From the NCBI RefSeq assembly GCF_044704955.1, contig NC_091995.1:17918001-17982000 (forward strand): a DNA stretch of 64,000 nucleotides, written 5' to 3'. Position 1 is the first letter of the stretch. Each line of letters starts with the position of its first letter. Of this stretch, positions 1 through 11,152 are shown in pieces. The notes under the pieces were generated by a model. That model saw only the letters and a list, made by a program, of their open reading frames with translations, had not been told where the DNA came from and did no database searches. The position numbers and the translations under genes are program-made. The stretch comes from Pristiophorus japonicus (taxonomy: Eukaryota).

Positions 1-2550
1 AATAAAAAGGGGGCAGAAGCAAAAGGTAGGAAGGTGAAAACAAGAATGGAGGGCAGAAAAATCAAGGGCAAAAATGAAAGAGGACCACATTACAACATAA
101 TTCTAAAAGGACAAAGAGTGTTAAAAAAACATGCCTGAAGGCTCTCAGTCTCAATGCGAGGAGCATTCGCAATAAGGTGGATGAGTTAGCTGCGCAGATA
201 GCTATTAACCGATATGATGTAATTGGGATTACGGAGACATGGCTCCAGGGTAACCAAGGCTGAGAACTCAACATCCAGGGATATTCAATATTCAGGAAGG
301 ATAGACTGGAAGTAAAATGAGGTGGGGTAGGATTACTGGAAAAAGAGGAGATTAGCGCAATAGCAAGGAAGGACATTAGGTTCGATGATGTGGAATCTAT
401 ATGGTAGAGCGGCGAAAACCAAAGGGCAGAACACGTTAGTGGGAGTTGTATACAGACCACCAAACAGTAGTAGCGAGGTTGGGGAAGACATCAAACAGAA
501 ACTTAGGGATGCGTGCAATAAGGATACAGCAGTTTTCATGGGTGACTTTAATTTACATATAGATTGGGCTAACCAAACTGGTAGCAGTACTGTGGAGGAG
601 GATTTACTGGAGTATAAGGGATGGTTTTCTAGACCATGTCGTGCAGGCCATCCTAGACTGGGTCTTGTGTAATGAGAGAGGATTAATTAGCAATCTGGTT
701 TTGCGAAGCCCCTTGGGGAAGAGTGACCATAATATGGTAGAATTCTTCATTACGATGGAGAGTGACACAGTTAATTCAGAGACTAGGGTCCTGAACTTAA
801 ACAAAGGTAACTTCGATGGTGTGAGACATGAATTGGCTAGGATAAACTGGCGAATGATACTTAAAAGCCTGAGCGTGGATAGGCAATGGCAGATATTTAA
901 AGATCACATGGATTAACTACAACAACAGTACATCCCTGTCTGGCGTAAAAATAAAAAGGGGAAGGTGGCTCAGCCGAGGCTAACAAGGAAAATTAGTGAT
1001 AATGTTACATCCAAGGAAGAGGCATATAAATTGGCCTGAAAAAGCAGCAAACCTGAGGACTGGGAGAAATTTAGAATCCAGCAGAGGAGGACTAAGGGTT
1101 TAATTAGGAGGGGGAAAATCGAGTACGAGAGTAAGCTTGCAGGGAACATAAAAACTGACTGCAAAAGATATGTGAGGAGAAAAAGGTTAGTGAAGACTAA
1201 TGTAGGTCCCTTGCAGTCAGAATCAGGTGAATTCATAATGGAGAACAAGGACCAATTGAACAAATACTTTGGTTCTGCCTTCACTAAGGAAGACACGAAT
1301 AACCTCCCGAAAATAATAGGGAACCGAGGGTCTAGCGAGAAGGAGGAACTGAAGGAAATCCTTATGAGTCAGGAAATTGTGTTAGGCAAATTGATGGGAT
1401 TGAAGGCCGATAAATCCCCAGTGCCTGAGTGTCTGCACCCCGGAGTACTTAAGGAATTGCCCCTTGAAATAGTGGTGGTCATTTTCCAACATTCTATAGA
1501 TTCTGAATCAGTTCCTATGGATTCGAAGGTAGCTAATGTAACCCCACTTTTTTAAAAAGCAGCGAGAGAGAAAACAGGGAATTATACACCAGTTAACCTG
1601 ACATTCGTAGTGGGGAAAATGTTCGAATCAATTACTAAAGATGTAATAGCAGCGCATTTGGAAAGCATTGACAGGATCGGTCCAATTCAGCATGGATTTT
1701 TGAAAGCGAAATCATGCTTGACAAATCTTCTAGAATTTTTGAGGATATAACTAGTAGAGTGGACAAGGGAGAACAAGTGGATGTGGTGTATTTGGACTTT
1801 CAAAAGGCTTTTGTCAACGCCCCACACAAGAGATTAGTGTGCAAAATTAAAGCACATGGTATTGGGGTTAATGTATTGAAGTGGATAACGAACTGGTTGG
1901 CAGAAAGGATGCAAAGAGCAGGAACAAACGGGTCCTTTTCAGAATGGCAGCCAGTGACTAGTGGGGTACCACAAGGTTCAGTGCTATTTACAATATTCAT
2001 TAATGATTTAGACAAAGGAATTGAATGTAATAGCTCCAAGTTTGCAGATGACATTAAGCTAAGTGGCAGTGTGAGCTGTGAGGAGGATGCTAAGATGCTG
2101 CAGTTTGATTTGGACAGGTTAGATGAGAGGGCAAATACATGGCAGATGCAGTATAATGTAGATAAATGTGAGGTTATCCACTTTGGTGGCAAAAGCAGGA
2201 AAGCAGAATATTATCTGAATGGTGACAGATTAGGAAAAGGAGAGTTGCAACGAGACCTGGGTGTCCTGGTACATCAGTCATTGAAAGTTGGCATGCAGGT
2301 ACAGCGAGAGGATTTGAGTATAGGAGCAGGGAGGTCTTACTGCAGTTGTACAGGGCCTTGGTGAGGCCACACCTTGAATATTGTGTACAGTTTTGGTCTG
2401 CTAATCTGAGGAAGGACATTCTTGCTTTTGAGGGTGTGCAGCAAAAGTTCACCAGACTGATTCCCGGGATGGCAGGAGTCACATATGAAGAAAGACTGGA
2501 TCGACGAAGCTTATATTCACTGGAATTTAGAAGAATGAGAGAGGATCATA
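1..2550 (+). mobile_element. CR1-clade LINE, degenerate ORF2 (APE endonuclease + reverse transcriptase), 3' end missing
   Basis: Fragmented ORFs carry GVVYRPP, MGDFN, ILDWVLCNE, SDHN (endonuclease) and LDFQKAF, GVPQGS, KFADD (RT); many stops and frameshifts; joined abruptly to ORF1 of the next element near 2550. Confidence 0.93.
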
Positions 2551-5500
2551 TAGGGGAGGAAAAAGAGTGGGAGAGCGATAGTGATAGGGGATTCAATTGT
2601 AAGGGGAATAGATAGGCGTTTCTGCGGCCGCAACCGAGACTCCAGGATGGTATGTTGCCTCCCTGGTGCAAGGGTCAAGGATGTCTCTGAGCGGGTGCAG
2701 GACATTCTAAAAAAGGAGGGAGAACAGCCAGTTGTCGTGGTGCACATTGGTACCAACGACATAGGTAAAAAAAAAGGGGATGAGGTCTTATGAAACGAAT
2801 TTAAGGAGCTAGGAGCTAAATTAAAAATTAGGACCTCAAAAGTAGTAATCTCGGGATTGCTACCAGTACCACGTGCTAGTCAGAGTAGGATTCGCAGGAT
2901 AGCGCAGAAGAATACATGGCTTGAGCAGTGGTGCAGCAGGGAGGGATTCAAATTCCTGGGGCATTGGAACCAGTTCTGGGGGAGGTGGGACCAGTACAAA
3001 GCGGATGGTCTGCACCTGGGCAGGACCGGAACCAATGTCCTAGGGGGAGTGTTTGCTAGTGCTGTTGGGGAGGAGTTAAACTAATATGGCAGGAGGATGG
3101 GAATCAATGCAGGGAGACAGAGGGAAACAAAAAGGAGACAAAAGCAAAAGACAGAAAGGAGATGAGGAAAAGTGGAGGGCAGAGAACCCCAAGACAAAAA
3201 ACAAAAAGGGCCACTGTACAGCAAAATTCTAAAAGAGAAAAGTGTGTTAAAAAAACAAGCCTGAAGGCTTTGTGTCTTAATGCAAGGAGTATCCGTAATA
3301 AGGTGGATGTATTAACTGTGCAAATAGATGTTAACAAATATGATGTGATTGGGATTACGGAGACGTGGCTCCAGGATGATCAGGGCTGGGAACTCAACAT
3401 CCAGGGGTATTCAACATTCAGGAAGGATAGAATAAAAGGAAAAGGAGGTGGGGTAGCATTGCTGGTTAAAGAAGAGATTAATGCAATAGTTAGAATGGAC
3501 ATTAGCTTGGATGATGTGGAATCTATATGGGTAGAACTGCAGAACACCTAAGGACAAAAAACGTTAGTGGGAGTTGTGTACAGACCTCCAAACAGTAATA
3601 GTAATGTTGGGGAGGGCATCAAACAGGAAATTAGGGGTGCATGCAATAAGGGTGCAGCAGTTATAATGGGTGACTTTAATATGCACATAGATTGGGCTTA
3701 CCAAACTGGAAGCAATACGGTGGACGAGGATTTCCTGGAGTGCATAAGGGATGGTTTTCTAGACCAATATGTCGAGGAACCAACTAGGGGGGAGGCCATC
3801 TTAGACTGGGTGTTGTGTAATGAGAGAGGATTAATTAGCAAACTCGTTGTGCGAGGTCCCTTACGAAAGAGTGACCATAAATGTTGGAATTCTACATTAG
3901 GATGGTGAATGAAACAGTTAATTCAGAGACCATGGTCCAGAACTTAAAGAAGGGTAACTTTGAAGGTATGAGGCGTGAATTAGCAAGGATTGATTGGCGA
4001 ATGATACTTAAGGGGTTGACTGTGGATGGGCAATGGCAGACATTTAGAGACGGCATGGATGAACTACAACAATTGTACATTCCTGTCTGTCGTAAAAATA
4101 AAAAAGGGAAGGTGGATCAACGGTGGCTATCAAGGGAAATCAGGGAAAGTATTAAAGCCAAGGAAGTGGCATACAAATTGGCCAGAAATAGCAGTGAACC
4201 CGGAGAATGGGAGAAATTTAGAACTCAGCAGAGGAGGACAAAAGGTTTGATTAGGGCAGGGAAAATGGAGTATGAGAAAAAGCTTGCAAGGAACATTAAG
4301 ACGGATTGCAAAAGTTTCTATAGATATGTAAAGAGAAAAAGGTTAGTAAAGACAAACGTCGGTCCCCTGCAGTCAGAATCAGGGGAAGTCATAACGGGGA
4401 ACAAAGAAATGGCGGACCAATTGAACAAGTACTTTGGTTTGGTATTCACTAAGGAGGACAGTAACAACCTTCCGGATATAAGAGAGGTCAGAGGGTCTAG
4501 TAAGGAGGAGGAACTGAGGGAAATCCTTATTAGTCGGGAAACTATGTTGGGGAAATTAATGGGATTGAAGGCCGATAAATCCCCAGGGCCTGATGGACTG
4601 CATTCCAGAGTACTTAAGGAGGTGGCCTTGGAAATAGCGGATGCATTGACAGTCATTTTCCAACAGTCCATTGACTCTGAATCAGTTCCTATCGAGTGGA
4701 GGGTAGCCAATGTAACCCCACTTTTTAAAAAAGGAGGGAAAGAGAAAACAGGGAATTATAGACGGGTGAGCCTGACATCGGTAGTGGGTAAGATGATGGA
4801 ATCAATTATTAAGGATGTCATAGCAGCGCATTTGGAAAGAGGCGACATGATAGGTCCAAGTCAGCATGGATTTGTGAAAGGGAAATCATGCTTGACAAAT
4901 CTTCTAGAATGTTTTGAGGATGTTTCCAGTAGAGTGGACAAGGGAGAACCAGTTGTTGTGGTATATTTGGACTTTCAGAAGGCTTTCGACAAGGTCCCAC
5001 ACAAGAGATTAATGTGCAAAGTTAAAGCACATGGGATTGGGGGTAGTGTGCTGACATGGATTGAGAACTTGTTGTCAGACAGGAAGCAAAGAGTAGGAGT
5101 AAATGGGGACTTTTCAGAATGGCAGGCGGTGACTAGTGGTGTACCGCAAGGTTCTGTGCTGGGGCCCCAGCTGTTTACACTGTACATTAATGATTTAGAC
5201 GAGGGGATTAAATGTAGTATCTCCAAATTTGCAGATGACACTAAGTTGGGTGGCAGTGTGAGCTGCGAGGAGGATGCTATGAGGCTGCAGAGCGACTTGG
5301 ATAGGTTAGGTGAGTGGGCAAATGCATGGCAGATGAAGTATAATGTGGATAAATGTGAGGTTATCCACTTTGCTGGTAAAAACAGAGAGACAGACTATTA
5401 TCTGAATGGTGACAGATTAGGAAAAGGGGAGGTGCAACGAGACCTGGGTGTCATGGTACATCAGTCATTGAAGGTTGGCATGCAGGTACAGCAGGCGGTT

Positions 5501-6170
5501 AAGAAAGCAAATGGCATGTTGGCCTGCATAGCGAGGGGATTTGAGTACAGGGGCAGGGAGGTGTTGCTACAGTTGTACAGGGCATTGGTGAGGCCACACC
5601 TGGAGTATTGTGTACAGTTTTGGTCTCCTAACCTGAGGAAGGACATTCTTGCTATTGAGGGAGTGCAGCAAACGTTCACCAGACTGATTCCCGGGATGGT
5701 GGGACTGACCTATCAAGAAAGACTGGATCAACTGGGCTTGTATTCACTGGAGTTCAGAAGAATGAGAGGGGACCTCATAGAAACGTTTAAAATTCTGATG
5801 GATTTAGACAGGTTAGATGCAGGAAGAATGTTCCCAATGTTGGGGAAGTCCAGAACCAAGGGTCACAGTCTAAGGATAAGGGGTAAGCCATTTAGGACCG
5901 AGATAAGGAGGAACTTCTTCACCCAGAGAGTGGTGAACCTGTGAAATTCTCTACCACAGAACGTTGTTGAGGCCATTTCACTAAATATATTCAAAAAAGA
6001 GTTAGATGTAGTCCTTACTACTAAGGGGATCAAGGGGTATGGTGAGAAAGCAGGAATGGGGTACTGAAGTTGCATGTTCAGCCATGAACTCATTGAATGG
6101 TGGTGCAGGCTCGAAGGGCCGAATGGCATAATCCTGCACCTATTGTCTATGTTTCTTTGTTTCCATGTTT
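2551..6170 (+). mobile_element. Relatively intact 5'-truncated CR1 LINE: ORF1 SGNH-esterase C-terminus, ORF2, 3'UTR and (TCTATGTT)-like tail
   Basis: ORF1 motifs IGDSIVR, VHIGTND, DGLHL (2581-3084); ORF2 LNARSI, TETWL, YRPP, then 687-aa ORF 3881-5944 with KSPGPDG, QHGF, FADDTK, PHLEYC; frameshifts near 3550 and 3880, TGG>TGA at 5942. Confidence 0.96.
3881..5944 (+). pseudogene. CR1 ORF2 reverse transcriptase (longest open stretch, 687 aa)
   Basis: Canonical non-LTR RT motifs; separated from the endonuclease by a frameshift and ended by a premature stop. Confidence 0.93.
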
Positions 6171-6189
6171 CCAATTTGCCTATCTATTC

Positions 6190-6731
6190 TAAAAGTCATC
6201 ATTATCATAGGTCGTCTCTCGAATCGAGGATGACTTGATTCCACGACAAAAAGTTCACAGGTGTTTCAATGAAGGATATAAAATTCTCGGTCCAAATTAA
6301 ATCTTGAAGGGTGGAAGATGCCTGTGCATAGATTTTTTTAACGTGTTGTGACCGTTGCACACCAGCCACCACCTAGCTCGGTCTTGATTCCAGTAGCAAG
6401 GATTAACCAAGACGACTGGAGACAGCACTGCTGCACGGACCTAGTGCGCACACAGATCACAATGTGGATGATCCTGTGCTGCCCCTGGGCACTCGCCTCT
6501 TCTGGGCCCCAAACTCACACCTTGCCTGGGCTACGCTCACGTCCCTCTAAAATCTCTCACCGCTTCTTCGCCCTGACCTCGTCGCTTCTGCTGTATGTGC
6601 CCACGCTCCAATCACCGACCTGGATCTTGGTGATGTCCCTTTTCACTGACGTTGCTCTCCTGCTCCAGCACGTGCTGCTCCCTGGAGTGGTATGCCGCCA
6701 CGCTGCTCCTTCCACTCCATGGCCTGCTCCG
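6190..6731. repeat. Unclassified interspersed repeat
   Basis: Starts with an (ATC)n-like run right after the CR1 tail and abuts another CR1 fragment; no recognisable protein motif. Confidence 0.35.
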
Positions 6732-7030
6732 ATTATGCTAAAATCAAAGTATCCTGGAAGATTTAGTTCCCAACCTTGCCACATTGCAACCACATCTGCA
6801 TAATGGCTATTAAATCAAACCTATTAATTTCTATCTGCACTATGAATTCATCTATTTTGTTGCGATGCTTCGCACATTCAGATATAGTGCATTTAGCATT
6901 GACATACTTATACTCTTCCCTGATGTCACCTTAGTCACTCAAGCCTCGTTACCTTTTTTACATTATCTGTCCCTTTCTGACCCACTCTGCTTATATTTAC
7001 CCAAATCTCTACTCTGATCTAGAGCCTTGA
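6732..7030 (-). mobile_element. CR1 fragment (start of ORF2 endonuclease)
   Basis: Minus strand reads ALYLNVRSI..KIDE..QIEINRFDLIAI..QGWELNLPGY with frameshifts. Confidence 0.8.
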
Positions 7031-7084
7031 AAGAAAGCACTTCTGACAGTACAGCACTCCCTCAGCAACTGACACCTGATATCC

Positions 7085-7530
7085 TGTGTGACTGTGACCA
7101 TATTCTCACGTATCATCTTGTTAGCTTTGCATGGTTACTCACCTGAAGATTCGGGGCACGTGCAGAGTCAAGAAAGAGGACCAGAATTGGGGCACTTACT
7201 TCCTGGTGGAGGTCGAACAGGGTGGCTTCAATGTTGCTGATGTTGGGTTACAGAGGGTTGTGGGGCATCCAGGACGTGATACCCAATAGATATATCAGGT
7301 AGCATGGGACGGCCATGCAGTGTGGTTAAGTAATCTTGGGTGTCTTTAGAATGCACGTGAAAATTGGCTCTATGTGTGTGGATGATGTCATGGAATATTA
7401 TCATGTTGCTGAGGACAAGAAGCCAATTAAGTATGGGCCATTGCCAAATTTGCCACTCGTTGAGGGTGACCATAGGGGAATAGGAAGAAAAGGCAAGCTG
7501 TACTGTTACCTTGGAAGTGTTACTAAGCTA
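7085..7530 (-). mobile_element. Old L2-clade LINE RT fragment (paralogous to 20353-20630)
   Basis: Minus strand DIIHTHRANFHVHSKDTQ resembles the L2 DIIRKHGxxFHxYADDTQ motif; aligns co-linearly with 20353-20630. Confidence 0.65.
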
Positions 7531-7621
7531 GGCTTGTGCTTAACGGAAAGCTATCATTTCAATAAAAAGTTACAACGGAAATTCAAGAGAAAAAACTGAC
7601 GTGTGTCAACTGAGTAGAACA

Positions 7622-7627
7622 TTTATT
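7622..7627 (-). promoter_or_regulatory. Putative polyadenylation signal (AATAAA) of gene A
   Basis: Conserved at the homologous position in copy B (22249-22254), close to the end of the conserved 3' block. Confidence 0.55.
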
Positions 7628-9249
7628 ACGAAAATAACACATACTATATAGGATTATGATTAAATGTAAGCAGTTATGGAACTAGGTTTATTGAACAGTA
7701 ACCGGTATGAATGCTGAACATGTTGGTATCCATTTTAACAAATGCATGAATCTGTTTATTTTTTCGTATAGCACGCCTCTAAGAAGAGGGGACTAATAAA
7801 TTTCATAAAAAGTGATAAATGTTATGAACTGATACGAAAGAGCTTAATGTTAAGCATTGGAGATTTCAAGTATATGCGATTTAATCATTTCCATGGATGG
7901 TTCTCCGATCATCGGCGTTGAAGATCCCGGAGGACCTCGAGTTTTCACCAAAGTTACGGCGGGAGAGTGAACCAACTCTGTGAAAATTGCGCCAGCTTGT
8001 CCATCCAGGACATCTCATCATTGAGACGGATTGTGACGGCTCCTCTTACTTCACCGAAGCGTACAGCACCGCTTCTCGATTCACGCAGCACTCTGTTTGA
8101 TTTCTCTCCTGCAGATTCAGTGTGGCGTATTGCAACTTGTCCTCACCCTCTCTCTATTGAGATGAAAGTGCTTCATTGTTGAATATTGTAAATTGAATAG
8201 AGCGTTTGGCATCAAACACAGTGTAATGATTAAAACCGACATATTGTGTAGTTTCAGTTGAAGAGAATTCACACCACTGAACATTCTACATATAATTAGA
8301 ATATTTATATGTCTGTCAAACGTTACAGGATTGAATACACCGTCCTAAATATTCCTGTTCTTTTGAATATATCACAGCGTTTCAAAGATTGCACAATTTA
8401 AATAAACAGCAAGGGGAAATAATAGACCTAAATAGCGCATAATTACAAATATAAAGGTAAAATCCAAGCATTTAGAAGCATTTCACAATTCACACTTAAT
8501 GACTTCACGAACAATGGATCAGTCAGCATTTAGGAAGGGCAGATTGACATTTGGGAAGAACCGTTCAGATCTTGCCATTCGCATGAAGGGTTCTAGCCCA
8601 ACGCTTACCCTGTGTTTTCTCTTTCAAGTGCTGATCTACTTTGCATATCCTGCATTTTCTGTGTTGACTTCAGATTTCCAGCGTTTTCTGGTTTCCTTCT
8701 TATCTCGACTGATCAAATGATGTGTATTTTTGTATGTGTGCGTGTGTTTGTGTAGAATCCTGGGTGCCCCTAGTTTGTGATCTATGTTATGCTTCCTCTG
8801 TGTACCTCGTGTATGTGCATGCACCTGCCTGTAGGTGTGTGCCTATTTGCATTTGCGAGTGTCTGTGTGTGTGAGTGTGTCTTTCTGTGTGTGTACAGGC
8901 GTTTGAATTCTCAGACTGTCAGATTTCATTTCCTGTTTGGCTCTCTGACGATTTGTAACTAATATTTTAATCCCCGGCTCTATTGGAATTTGATTTTCAA
9001 CTTGCTGTGCCTTTGCATAAAATTGGCGATCGGGATGCCCGCAATGCTAGCTTTACGCCTGTGTGGCAAGTTGAGAATATACCCCACAGCTACAAGCAGA
9101 AATGTTGAGGCCGTCCAATCTAGTTTCTATTTTAGATTGTTACACCCGACGGAGAGAATTCTTTATATTATAATCACCGTGGCAAAGTAAACAAGAGGTC
9201 AGTAGTTTTAAAAAAAAACATATATAGCCAAAGTCATTGCGCTACATAC

Positions 9250-9290
9250 CCGATGAGGATTTCGGCACTCAGAGCTGTCATTATTCCCCT
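9250..9290 (-). other. Gene A relic 41-nt tail exon (EGNNDSSECRNPHR), downstream of the stop codon
   Basis: tttatag|41 nt|gtatgt; same length and phase (1->0) as 23886-23926 in B and 53983-54023 in C. Confidence 0.7.
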
Positions 9291-9305
9291 CTATAAAGCA
9301 TAGAA

Positions 9306-9732
9306 AAAAGAAAGACTTGCATTTATATGGCGCCTTTGATGACCACCCGACTTCACAAATCGCGATACAGGGAATAAAGTACTTCTTAAAAAAGTTGAGT
9401 TACTGTTTAATGTAGGAAACGTGATCATGACCAGATAATCTGTTTTACTGATGTTGATTGAGGAATAAATAATTGTCAGGAAGAGATAACTCCCCTGCTC
9501 TTCTTCAAAATAGTGCCTGGGATCTTTTATGTCCGCATGAGATCGGAGACATGGACTCTGTTTAACGTCTCATCTGAAATATAGCAATCCTCCCACCACC
9601 CCACAGTGCAGCGCTCCCTCAGTACTGCACTGTCAGTGTTAGTTTAGATTTTTCTGCTATAAGTCCCTGGAGTGGGACACAAACCTACAACCTTCCGACT
9701 TAGAGGCGAGGTTGCTACCAACTGAGCTACGG
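9306..9732 (-). mobile_element. tRNA-derived SINE, family 1 (DeuSINE/SacSINE1-like); other copies ~23940-24357(-), 31785-32215(-), 49590-50030(+), partial 61715-61880(+)
   Basis: Pol III A-box head (tagctcagttgg) and degenerate B-box; 3' tail ..gcgccatataaatgcaagtctttc similar to L2 3' ends; several mutually similar copies in the window. Confidence 0.8.
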
Positions 9733-10279
9733 GAAATGACCCTGTGTAATTTAATATTACTTGAACTGTGTGTACAATACAACGCCACATAATGCGCCAT
9801 ACCTATAGCGCTATAATGCACTGTATTATTATGTTATAGGATCCAGCATAACATGGTAGAAAACAGTAGGACGCAATAAAATAAAATACAATAGGATGAA
9901 CTGCATTGCACAACAAGAAAACGATGCAATTAATATGGTCCAACATGTAATACTCTCCCACAGAATGTAAAACAGCGTAAGGTTTTTCCGTTTAACTGCT
10001 AATTTTAAACTGATGAGCAAAGCAATTTGATATGAGCGCACCCAGCATTCGTACGAGAACAGATTGACATCTAGACTAATCAATTATAATATACGATATA
10101 TCAATGAAACGAACATTACAATATTATGTAATAATTTCTCACAAATATCAGCACGTGATAAGAAAATCTTTCAAAATATTATATTAGCCTTATCCCTTAA
10201 CTCCTCAAATTGACTTTGTGACTAAGACGGCTAACAGGTTTCACTCAATAGCCATTCTAGAATCAAGAGTTATTCAACC

Positions 10280-10570
10280 ATAGAATCATACAGTGCAGAA
10301 GGAGGCCATTCGGCCCAACATGCCCGTGTCGTCTCTCTGAAGGAGCTACTAATTAGTCCCGCTCCCCCTGCTCTTTCTCGATAGCCCTGAAAAAAATCCC
10401 ACTTTAAAGTAGTTATCCAATTCCCTTTTGAAAGTTACTATTAGCTCTCACCAACGTTTCTGGCAGTGCATTCCAGATCATAACCACTCGCTTAGTAAAA
10501 TAATATCTCCTCATCTCCAAACCTGGCTGCTTTATGCCAGTTATCTTAAATTTGTGTCCTCTGGTTACCA
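10280..10570 (-). mobile_element. CR1 3'-end fragment (shared with 24895-25180)
   Basis: TRGHKFK..RYYFTKRVVMIWNALP plus tail. Confidence 0.8.
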
Positions 10571-10594
10571 GACAGAATACACTAAAACAAAACA

Positions 10595-10955
10595 TTCGTT
10601 CGCGGAATGTGGGCTTTGCTTAGCAAGGCCAGTATTGATTGCTCATCCCTAGTTGCCCTTGGAAGGTAGCGACAATCCACCAATTCAGAGGGCAGTTAGG
10701 AGTCAACGACATTTCTGTGGGTCTGAAGTCACTTTAAGGCCAGACCAGGTAAGGATGGCAGACGTCCTTCCCTAAAGAGACATTTGACAATAGTGAACCA
10801 GGTGGGTTTTATGACAATCTGATAGTTACTAGTTTTTTTTATACCAGATTGATTTCATTTTAATGAATTTAAATTCCCCAGTTGCCATGGATTATTAGTC
10901 CAAATTTCTAGGATTTTTAAGCCAGTAACAAATCCAGTATGCTAATGTACCCGCT
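10595..10955 (-). mobile_element. SINE family 2; other copies ~25203-25578(-), 59345-59730(-), 60680-61050(+)
   Basis: Shared core (..ggtctggccta..gtgactcca..cagcaatg..) and a 3' tail matching the LINE 3' ends at 15670-15870 and 57365-58115. Confidence 0.7.
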
Positions 10956-11136
10956 AAATAATCAGACAGAACAATACTGAACTCATGGTTAATGTGTTAT
11001 AACTGATGGACAAGGAAATTAACCAGATTATTAATTAATATCAAATGAAATCGAAGGAGTAAGTATTGGGTGTCTGCTAAAAGTGACAGGTTGTAAACAG
11101 TTCTTTCTGTTACACACCTGTTTCACGGATCACTGG

Positions 11137-11152
11137 CTAGAGCGGATCTATT
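11137..11152 (-). CDS. Gene A last coding exon (35-nt exon 11152-11118; K-IDPL-stop)
   Basis: tgttgctccag|35 nt|gtgtgt; TAG at 11139-11137 aligns to TAT (Tyr) in B. Confidence 0.7.

Noticed and set aside
62-6174. Minus-strand ORFs overlapping the LINEs as host genes
   Set aside because: Antisense shadows of CR1 ORF2 that recur at every CR1 copy
9083-9089. 7-nt micro-exon (CTGTGGG; ATGTGGG in B) after the 41-nt exon
   Set aside because: Phase-compatible but the donors are weak and it lies after the stop codon; not supportable without transcripts
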